DNA of 64,000 nucleotides from Longimicrobiales bacterium. GTDB taxonomy: Bacteria; Gemmatimonadota; Gemmatimonadetes; Longimicrobiales; Gaopeijiaceae. The translations under genes and the position numbers were made by a program. The notes beneath the pieces are model-generated. The model was not told the DNA's origin. It was given only the letters and a program-made list of their open reading frames with translations, and did not search any database. Below, piece by piece: positions 50,455 through 61,100 of this stretch. Within the stretch, counting starts at the first letter, position 1. Every line of letters begins with the position of its first letter. The stretch is from contig CBDBCF010000001.1 of the NCBI GenBank assembly GCA_965202985.1, forward strand, positions 2,528,001 to 2,592,000, written 5' to 3'.

Positions 50455-52164
50455 ATGCTGACCGAACTGCAGATCAGAGACCTCGCCGTCGTCGAGGACG
50501 TGACGGTGCCCTTGGAACCCGGGCTGAACGCGGTTACGGGGGAGACCGGGGCCGGCAAGTCCATCGTCGTCGGCGCGCTGCATCTGCTGTTGGGTGGACG
50601 GGCTTCGGCCGGAGTGGTCCGCAGCGGCCGCCCGCGCGCCGTGGTGGAGGGCGTCGCCGAAGTCGGAGACCGAAAGGACGTAGCCGCCGCCCTTGACGAG
50701 CTGGGGCTGGAACCCGACAACGGGCGCTTGGTCTTTCGACGGGAGATCCGCGCCGGGGGGCGCAGCCGGGGCTGGGTCAACGGATCGCCGGCAGCTGCGA
50801 GCGTGCTCCGGAGCCTGGGCGCCTTCTTGGTGGACATTCACGGCCAACACGAGCACGCGCGCCTTCTGTCCCCGGACTTCCAGCGGCGGATCCTGGACGC
50901 CTTCGGCAACTGTCGAGCGCCGTCCGAAAGGGTCGCAGCCGCGTTCCACCGAGCCGCCGGCCTCCGCGAACGCTTGGCCGAACTGGAGGCGCGCAGCCGC
51001 GACATGGAGGAACGGGCCGGGCTGGCGCGCTTTCAGGCGGACGAGATCCGCGCCGCGGAACTTCGCACGGGCGAAGAGGAAGAGTTGTGCGACGAGGCCA
51101 AGCGCTTGTCCAACGCCGGGCTTCTGGCCCGAGAGACCGGCACCCTCCACCAGTCGCTCTTCGCGGGCGAGGGAGCGGTCACGGACCGGCTGGCCGACGC
51201 GGTGCGGAGGTTGCGCCGCTTGGGCGAAGTCGACCCGGCGCTGTTGCCGGTCGCGTCGGCGCTGGACGACGCCTACCACGGCGTGGCCGAGGCTGCGGCG
51301 GAGCTGGGACGCTATTCCCAGGACGTGGAGCAAGACCCGTCCCGGCTCGAGGCCGTGCAGGAGCGCCAAGCCCTCCTTCACGAGATCGGCCGGAAGCACG
51401 GCGGCAGCGTCGAGGCTGCCATCGAGAAGGGCGAGGCGCTGGCGCGGGAGCTGGCGGCGCTGGACTCGGCCGCCGTCGATGCCGGGGCGCTCGGGGCCGA
51501 GCTGGAGGCGGCCGAAGCGACTTGGCGAACCGAGGCCGAAGCCTTGTCGGCCCGGCGTCGGGCGGCAGCCGACCGGTTGCGCGACGAGGCCAAAGCCCTG
51601 TTCCCGGGACTGGGGCTGGAAGGCGGACGGTTCGACGTGGTCCTGGAACCGCTGCCGGAGCCCTCCCGGCGCGGCCTGGAGGCCGTGCGCCTCATGGCGT
51701 CGATGAACCCCGGCTTTCCCCTGGCAGCCCTGGCCGAGATCGCGTCGGGCGGCGAGCTGTCGCGGGTCATGCTGGCCCTCAAGTCGGTCCTGACGGGCAT
51801 CGACGACCTTCCCACACTGGTCTTCGACGAAGTGGACGCGGGCATCGGGGGCGCGGTCGCGGCCAAGGTGGGCGACTGCCTTGACGCCCTGGCGCGTGGT
51901 CGCCAAGTGATCGTCGTGACCCACTTGGCCCGCGTCGCCAGCCGGGCGTCCAGCCATCTCCTGGTCGAAAAGCGCGTGGCCGGGGACGCAACCACCGTGT
52001 CGCTGGGTCGGCTGGACTTCCCCCAACGGGTCCGCGAGATTGCGCGGATGCTAGGCGGCGACCCCGACTCGGCTTCGTCGGTCCGCCACGCCCGCGAGCT
52101 GCTGGAACGCCCAGACATGGAATGCCCGCTTGGCACGGAATCCCGTACTCGCAGTCCAAGATGA
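50455..52164 (+). CDS. recN: DNA repair protein RecN
   Basis: TGETGAGKS, IHGQHE, ASGGELSR and VFDEVDAGIGG. Confidence 0.96.
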   Translation: MLTELQIRDLAVVEDVTVPLEPGLNAVTGETGAGKSIVVGALHLLLGGRASAGVVRSGRPRAVVEGVAEVGDRKDVAAALDELGLEPDNGRLVFRREIRAGGRSRGWVNGSPAAASVLRSLGAFLVDIHGQHEHARLLSPDFQRRILDAFGNCRAPSERVAAAFHRAAGLRERLAELEARSRDMEERAGLARFQADEIRAAELRTGEEEELCDEAKRLSNAGLLARETGTLHQSLFAGEGAVTDRLADAVRRLRRLGEVDPALLPVASALDDAYHGVAEAAAELGRYSQDVEQDPSRLEAVQERQALLHEIGRKHGGSVEAAIEKGEALARELAALDSAAVDAGALGAELEAAEATWRTEAEALSARRRAAADRLRDEAKALFPGLGLEGGRFDVVLEPLPEPSRRGLEAVRLMASMNPGFPLAALAEIASGGELSRVMLALKSVLTGIDDLPTLVFDEVDAGIGGAVAAKVGDCLDALARGRQVIVVTHLARVASRASSHLLVEKRVAGDATTVSLGRLDFPQRVREIARMLGGDPDSASSVRHARELLERPDMECPLGTESRTRSPR

Positions 52165-55100
52165 TGAAGCACATGCCGTCCGTCTCCGCCGCCGTCGGTC
52201 TCTTGTGGCTGCTTGCGTCGCCGTGGGGCTTGGAAGCGCGCGGGGCGTCGGGGGAAGACCGGGGCGGCCCCGCAGAGGAGGCGGGCGGGGCCCAGCAGGG
52301 GAACGCGCCGGTAGTCAGCGACGTGTACTTCACGACGACCCCGACGCACGACTCGACGTACGAGCGGGGCGAGCCGATCACCGTTCGGGTCGTGTTCGAC
52401 AGGGCGATCGTGGTAACGGGCAGCCCGCAGCTGGCGATGACGATGGGATCCACGACGCGACCGTTCTACCACTTGGCGGTGGGAAGCAACTACATCGACT
52501 TCAACGACTATACCGAATCGACCGACCACGACTTGGACGGGATCAGCATCGGGGCGAGCGCGCTGACGCTCAACGGGGGGACGATCACGTCGAGCGACGG
52601 GACGAATGCGGCGCTGGGGCTGGGAACGCACGCAATCACCAACGATCCGGCGCGCAAGGTGCAAGGAGGTCGGCGGTCGGCGCCGCGCGTGGCAAGCGTA
52701 ACGTTCATTACCGATGCGGGCAGCGACTCGACGTACACGTTCGGCGACGAGATCGAGGTCGTGGTTCGGTTCGACCGCGCAGTCGTGGTGAACCGGCACG
52801 TCACGGTGAGCGGGAGGCCGCAGTTGGCGTTGACGGTGGGGTCGCAGACCCGGCAGGCGCGCTATGAAGTCCAACCAGGACCGACGTCGAACATCCTCTG
52901 GTTCAGCTACTTCGTGCAGGCGTCGGACAGCGACGCGAACGGGATCAGCATCGGGGCGAACGCACTGACGCTGAACGGGGGGACGCTGACGCTGCTGGGC
53001 TATTCTCCGGTGAGCGCGATCCTGGGGCTGGGCACGCACGCCGTCACCAACGCCGCAGCGCACAAGGTGGACGGCAGCAGGGGGACGAAGGTGACGGGGG
53101 TGTCGATCTCGTCGCCGTCGTCGAGCGATTCGACGTTCAAGGGGGCCGACCGGATCAAGGCGACGGTGACGTTCAGCGCGGCGGTCGACGTGGCGAGCAC
53201 ACGGCCCGTCCTGAGCCTGGGGATCGGATCGGCGACGCGGCAGGCGAGCTACGCGCGGGGCGGGGGCACGTCGTCGCTGGAGTTCGAGTACACGGTGTCG
53301 TCGTCGGACTCGGACGCGAACGGGATCAGCATCGCGGCGGACGCGCTCTGCTGCGACGGCCGGGTTCTCGTGGTGGGGCAGGGCACGACCAGAGCGGCGC
53401 TGGGCCTGGGCAGCCATGCGATCTCGAACAGCGCGGCGCACAAGGTGGACGGCAGCGTGGCGGGCGCGCCGGTGGTGACCGACGTGCAGTTCACAACGAC
53501 GCCGGCGAGCGATTCGACGTACGAGGTGGGCGAGCTGATCGGGGTTCGGGTCTTCTTCGACCGGAGCTTCGCGCTGACGGGCCGGCCGCAGTTGGCGTTG
53601 ACCTTCGGGTCCGGGACCGGGCAGATGTCGCCCACGGGGTGGGGCGGCAGCGCCATCTCGTTCGACTACTACCTGCGGGCGACCGACGTGGACACGGACG
53701 GGATCAGCATCGGGGCGAACGCGTTGACGTTGAACGGGGGGACGATCACGTCGAGCGACCGGACGACGAACGCGGAGCTGGGGCTGGGAACGCACGCGAT
53801 CGCCAACGATCCGGCGCAAAAGGCGGATGGACGTCGGGCGACGGCGCCGACCATTACGGACGCCTACATCCATACTTCTGCCGGCAGCGACTCGACGTAT
53901 GCGGTGTCCGAGGAGATCACGATGTGGGTCGTATTCGACCGCGGCGTCGTGATGACGGGAGAGCCCCAGCTGGCGTTGACGATCGGGTCGCAGACGCGCT
54001 ACGCGAGCTACTCCGGGCCCACGCCCACGGCGGCAAGGCGCGACTTCTACTTCCGGTACTTCGTGCAGGCGTCGGACAGGGACGCCGACGGGTTGAGCGT
54101 AGGGCCGGCGCTGGTGCTGAACGGGGGGACGATCAAGGTGGCGGGCGACACGGTGAACGCGAATCTGGCGCTCGGCGCCCACGCGATCGCGAACGCCGCG
54201 GCGCACAAGGTGGACGGCAGCATGGGGACGGGGGTGACGGGGGTGTCGATCTCGTCGCCGTCGTCGAGCGACTCGACGTTCAAGGCAGGCGACTGGATCG
54301 AGGTGACGGTGACGTGGAACCGTGCGGTCGACGTGAATTTGAGCTCGCCGCCCCGCATGGTTCTGGGGATCGGGTTGTTGGACCGCGCGGCAAGGTACGC
54401 GCGGGGGCACGGCACGTCGTCGCTGGTGTTCCGGCACCCGGTGCAGCGGTCGGACTTGGACTTGGACGGGATCAGCATCGCGGCGGGCGCGCTGACCAAC
54501 TGGGGGCGCGGCCGGATCTTCGCAGCGGGGACGAGGACGCAGGCGGGGCTGGGTCTGGGCGCCCACGCGATCTCCAACAGCGCGGCGCACAAAGTGGACG
54601 GTCGCAGGGTGGGCGCGCCGGTGGTGAGCAACGTCCGGTTCACGAGCACGCCGGCGAGCAGCGACTCGACGTATCACCTGGGCGAGCGGATCCATGTCGA
54701 GGTGCTGTTCGACAGGTCCATCAGCTACACCGGCACTCCGCAGCTGGCGCTGTGGGTCGGAGCGGCCACGCGATACGCCGCGCTCAGCAGCGCGTCCCTG
54801 CGCGGATCGCTGGTGTTCACTTACGACGTGCAGGCGTCCGACTCCGACCCCGACGGCGTCAGCATCGGGGTGAACGCGCTGAGGCTGAACGGAGGGACGA
54901 TCACGGCCCGGACGGACACGACGGCCGCGAACCTTGGGCTCGGGTCCCAGATTACGAACGATGGCCGCCACCAGGTGGACGGGAGCCAAGTGACGGCGCC
55001 GTCGGTCGCCGACGTGCGAATTACGAGCAGCCCAGCCAGCGGCAGCACCTACGGGCTGGGCGAGCAAATCGAGGTGGCTGTCGACTTCGACCGTCCTGTC

Positions 55101-58100
55101 GTGGTTACCGGCGAGCCGATAGTGACACTGCTAATCGGGGCCGAGTTTCCGGCGGCGCGCTACCATTGCCCGGGGTGCACAGGAGGCGCCACGACGTTGA
55201 ACTTCCGCCACACGGTTCGAGCGGTGGACCGGGACAGCGACGGGTTGAGCCTCCACAACAACAGCTTGGCACGGTCCATCGGTACGATCAACTTGGCGGC
55301 GAACGGCACGACGGCAGCGAACAGGAGCTTCGGCGCGCACGCGGTCTCGAACGTTGCGGCGCACAAGGTGGACGGCAGCCGAGCGCCCGTGCCGGCGGCG
55401 ACCGCGGTGCAGATCTTGAGCAGCCCGCCGGCCGACCAAACGTACGAGCTGGGAGAGGAAATCGCGTTCAGGGTGTCCTGGAATCGCGCGGTTGCAGTTA
55501 CGGGCACGCCCCAACTGGCGGTGACGATCGGGTCGCGGACGCGGCAGGCGGATTACTACGAGAGCGCTTCGGGCACCCGCACCCACTTCCGCTACAAGGT
55601 GCAGGCGTCGGATGTGGACGCGGACGGGATCAGCGTCGCGACCAACGCGCTGACGCTGAACAGCGGGACGATCAACGACGCCGTCAACGATTCGGCGGCC
55701 GCCTTGACGCTCCCCCGGGCTATCCCGAACACGCTGTCCCACAAGGTGAACGGCGGTCGAACGACCCGGCCGTCGGTGAGCGCACTGTCGCTGAACAGCA
55801 CGCCGGACTTCACGTTCACCTTGGGCGACCGGATCGTCGTCACGGTGAGGTGGGATCGTACGGTCGCGGTTACGGGCACGCCTCGGCTGGCGCTGACGAT
55901 CGGCACGCAGACGCGGCAGGCGGAGTACGCGAGCGGGACGGGCACGAACGCGCTGGCGTTCCACTACACTGTGGCGGCCACGGATGTGGACACGACGGGG
56001 ATCAGCATCGGGGCGAGCGCGCTGACGCTGAACGGCGGGACGATAAAGCATGTCGGATCCAGTGCGGTGGACGCGAACCTGGGTCTCGGGACGCACGCTA
56101 TTACCAACAGCGCCCGCCACAAGGTGGATGGAAGTCAAGTCAGCATCATCATGCGTGGCGTGGGCGTGTCTGGCCTGAGCTGTCCCGAGACCGGCGATAC
56201 TTGCGAACTCGGAGACAGGATCCTGGTCTTTGGCCTCTGGACCGACTCCAACCGACGGCGGATCGTTGGCATAGACGTCACGGGCACGCCCCAGATCGCG
56301 ATTGCCGTCGGGGCGCAGACCCGCTACGCGAACTACGACGCGGTGAAGACGGTCGAGCTGGGCACGTCGGGGCCGGGCGTCGTCTACTTCTCGTACTTTG
56401 TCCAGCCGGCGGACAGGGACACGGACGGGATCCACATCCCGCCCAACGGACTGCGGCTGAACGGCGGCACGATCAAGGTTGCCGGCTCGCAACGCGACGC
56501 GCCGCTCAAGCACGCGGGGTCGCCCGTTGCAACCGACACCAAGGTGAACGGCGGCAGCTTGACGGCGCCCTCGGCGAGGAGCGTGAGGATCGTCAGCTCG
56601 CCGGCCAGCGGGGACACCTACGGGTTCTTTGAGAACATTCGGGTGCGGGTGGAGTTCAGCAGGGCCGTGGCCGTGACGGGCACGCCGCGGCTGGCCCTGG
56701 CGATCGGGTCGCAGACGCGACAGGCGAGCTACGCTTCGGGTACGGGGACGGAGTTCCTCGAGTTCGGCTACCGGGTGCAGGTGTCCGATGCGGACGCCGA
56801 CGGGATCGGCGTTGGGGCGAACGCGCTGACGTTGAACGGAGGGAAGATCGCGTTGCAGGGCGACACGGCCACGAACGCGAGCTTGGCGCTGGGGCACCAT
56901 GCAATCGCGAACGCCGCCGCCCACAAGGTGGACGCCAGCCAGGGTGCGCCTGGGGTCGGCGGCTTGGTGTTGGGCTCGCCGCCGGTGGGCGACACCTTCG
57001 AGCGGGGCGACACGATTGCCGCGACGTTGACGTTCAACAGGGCGGTGGACGTGACGGGGACGCCGCAGCTGGCGCTGACGATCGGCGCGACCACGCGCCA
57101 GGCCGCCTACGTCTCGGGCACGGGCACGGCGTCGCTGGTCTTCCGCTATGTGGTGGTGCAGGCGGACGCGGACGCCGACGGGTTGAGCATCGGCGCAAGC
57201 GCGCTGGCGCTGAACGGCGGCACGATCGACGCGGCGGGCGGGACGACGGACGCGCGGCTGGGGCTGGGCAGTCACGCGGTAGCGAACAGCTCGGGCCACA
57301 AGGTGGCGGGCGGGACGTTCACGGCGGCGGCGGTCAGCGGCGTGTCGATCACGAGCAGCCCGGCCAGCGACAGCACCTACGGCTTTGACGAGGTGATCGA
57401 GGTGCAGGCGACGTTCAACCGCCGCGTGACTGTGACGGGGACGCCGCAGCTGGCCCTGACGATCGGGACACAGACGCGCCAGGCGAACTACACCTCCGGC
57501 ACGGGCACGGCGTCGCTGACGTTCCGCTACACGGTGATGGCGGCGGACGCGGACTCGACCGGCGTCGGCATCGGCGCAAGCGCGCTGGCGTTGAACGGCG
57601 GTGGGATCGCCGACGCCCGGGACGGGAGCACGGCGGCGAGCTTGGGGCTGGGCGCGAACGCGATCGCCGCCGCGGCGGCGCACAAGGTGGACGGCGCCCG
57701 TGGTCCGCCGAGGGTGGCGGGCGTGGCCGTCGGGTCGCCGGCGGTGGGCGACACCTTCGAGCGCGGCGAGCGGATCGAGGTCACGGTCACGTTCACCAAG
57801 GCGGTGGACGTTACGGGGACGCCGCAGCTGGCGCTGACGATCGGCGCGGCGACGAAGCAGGCGGCGTATGCGAGCGGCACGGGCACGGCGTCGCTGGTGT
57901 TCCGCTACCTGGTGGTGCAGGCGGACGCGGACGCCGACGGGCTCAGCATCGGGGCGAGCGCGCTGGCGCTGAACGGCGGGACGATCGACGAGGCGGGCGG
58001 TACGACGGACGCGCTGCTGGGGCTGGGCTCGCGCGCGATCGCGAACAGTTCGGGCCACAAGGTCGCGGGCGGGACGTTTACGACGCCGGCGGTGAGCGGA

Positions 58101-61100
58101 GTGACGATCTCGAGCAGTCCCGGCGTCGGCGACACCTACGCCTTGGCCGAGCGGATCGAGGTCGAGGTCGCATTCAGCAGGCCGGTGAGCGTCTCGGGCG
58201 CGCCGCAGCTGGCGCTGACGATCGGGACGCAGACGCGCCAGGCGGCCTACGCATCGGGCACGGGCACGACCACGCTGACGTTCGGCTACGCGGTGGTGGC
58301 CGCCGACTCCGACACCACCGGCATCAGCATCGGCGCGAGCGCGCTGACGCTGAACGGGGGAACGATCAACGACGTCCGGAGCAGCGCCACGGCGGCGAGC
58401 CTGGGCCTGGGCGCGAACGCGATCGCCAACGCCTCCGGCCACAAGGTGATCGGGACCCCGGCGGTCCCGACGGTGACCGGAGCCTCGGTCGCGAGCAGCC
58501 CGGCGAGCGGAGACGCCTACGGCGCAGGCGAGACGATCACCGTGCACATCGTGTTCCAGGTTCCGGTCGTGGTGACGGGCGCGCCCCAGCTGGCGCTGAC
58601 GGTGGGGCCCGAGACGCGGCAGGCCGCCCTCGCCGGCGGAAGCGGGACGGACACGCTGGCGTTCAGCTACACGACGGTGGCGACGGACACGGACACGGAC
58701 GGGATCGGGGTCGCCGCGAGCGCGCTGGCGCTGAACGGCGGGACGATCCGAAGCGGCAGGGGGACGGACGCGTTGCTGGGGCTGGGCGCGCACGCGATCG
58801 CGAACGCCGCGGGCCACAAGGTGGACGGCAGGGCGACCGCGCCGACGGTGACGGCCGTGAGGGTCGCGAGCACGCCGCTGTTTCAAGTGCGGAACGTCGG
58901 CTTGTACGGACGAGGCGAGACGATCGAGGTGCAGGTCGGCTTCAGCCTGCCTGTAAGGGTGACGGGCGCGCCCCGGCTGGCGTTGACGATCGGCGCGGCG
59001 ACGAGACAGGCGGCCTACGCGGGCGGATCGGGCACGGCGACGCTGGCGTTCCGCTACACGGTTGGCCAGTCGGACGTGGACGGGGACGGGATCGGGGTCG
59101 GCGCGAGCGCGCTGACGCTGAACGGCGGTGCGATCCGGAGCAGGGCGGGCGCCAGCGCGGCCTTGGGACTCGGCAGCCACGCGATCACGGCGGCCTCGGG
59201 CCACACGGTGGACGGTCAGCAAGGAGGCGGCGAGCCGGAAGTGACGGGAGGCTCGATCGTGAGCCGTCCAGGGGTTGGAGACTCGTACGGGGTCGGCGAG
59301 ACGATCAGGTTGCGGGTGGTCTTCAACGAGCTGGTGGCGGTGACGGGGACGCCGCAGCTGGGGCTTGAGATCGGGACGGCGACGCGGCTGGCGTCGTACG
59401 CTTCGGGCACGGGCACGACGGAGCTGGAGTTCCGCTACACGGTCCAAGCGGGGGACAAAGACGACAACGGCGTTGCCGTCCCGGGCACGTTCACCGACCT
59501 CGCTGGATCGATCAGCAGCGTCGCGTCGGGCAACAGCCTGGACACGAGCAAAGAGTATGAACGCGTGAAGACCGCGGACCTCGTCGACCACAAGGTCGAT
59601 GCAGCGAGCGACAACCGGGCGTCGATTCCGATGCCGAACGCGGTGACGATCAGCAGCAGCGCCGGGAACGACAGCACCTACGCGGCGGACGACACGATCT
59701 CGGTGCAGGTGGGCTTCACCGTTGCGGCGACGGTGACGGGGACGCCGCAGTTGGCGCTCTCGATCGGCAGCGCGACGCGCCAGGCGGCCTACGCCAGCGG
59801 AAGCGGGACGGCGACGCTGACGTTCCGCTACGCGGTGACGGACGCGGACGCGGACGCCGACGGCATCAGCATCGGCGACCTCGCGCTTGCGCTGAACGGC
59901 GGGACGATCCGGAGCGGGAGCGGCGCCTATGCCACGCTGACCTTGGGAACGCATGCGATCTCGAACGCGGCGGCTCACAAAGTGGCGGGAACGACGACGG
60001 CGCCCACGGTGAACGCGGCGTCGGTCACGAGCACGCCTGCGACGGGCGACACCTACGGCGCCGCCGAGAAGATCGCGGTGCAGATCGGCTTCCGGATCCC
60101 GGTCGTGGTGACCGGGGCGCCGCAGCTGGCGCTGACGATCGGGACGCGGACCCGGCAGGCCGGCTACGCGGGCGGCAGCGGGACCCGCGTCCTGACGTTC
60201 GACTACGCGACGGTGGCGACGGACGCGGACGCGAACGGGATCGGCGTCGCCGCCGCTGCCCTGACGCTGAACGGCGGCACGGTCCGGAACTGGGCGGGGA
60301 CGAACGCGGTGCTGGGCCTGGGCGCGAACGCAATCGCGAACGCGAGCGGCCACAAGGTGAACGGCGCGGCGACGGTTCCGGCGGTGAACACGCTGACGAT
60401 CGCGAGCACGCCTGCGAGTGGGGACACGTACGGCGCGGGCGAGACGATCTCGGTGGAGGTGGGCTTCCGGATACCGGCGACGGTGACGGGGGCGCCGCAG
60501 CTGGCGCTGACGGTGGGGGCGCAGACGCGGCAGGCGGGATACGCGAGCGGGAGCGGGACGAAGACGCTGACGTTCAGCTACGAGGTGGCGGCGACGGACG
60601 CGGACTCGGACGGGATCGGCGTCGGCGCGAGCGCTTTGGCGCTGAACGGCGGCACGATCCAAAGCGGAGCGGGGACGAACGCGGCGCTGGGCCTGGGCGC
60701 GCACGCGATCGCGAACGCGGGCGGCCACAAGGTGAACGGTGTGGCGACGGTTCCGACGGTGAACGCGGTGACGATCGCGAGCACGCCTGCGAGCGGGGAC
60801 ACGTACGGCGCGGGCGAGACGATCACGGTGGAGGTGGGCTTCCGGATACCGGCGACGGTGACGGGGACGCCGCGGCTGGCGCTGACGGTGGGGGCGCAGA
60901 CGCGGCAGGCGGAGTACGCGAGCGGGAGCGGGACGAAGACGCTGACGTTCAGCTACGAGGTAGTGGCGACGGACGCGGACTCGGACGGGATCGGCGTGGG
61001 CGCGAGCGCTTTGGCGCTGAACGGCGGCACGATCCAAAGCGGAGCGGGGACGAACGCGGCGCTGGGCCTGGGCACGAACGCGATCGCCAACGCGGGCAGC

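Noticed and set aside
52130..52146. TTGGCACG upstream of the adhesin as a sigma54 site
   Set aside because: No -12 TTGC element at the required distance
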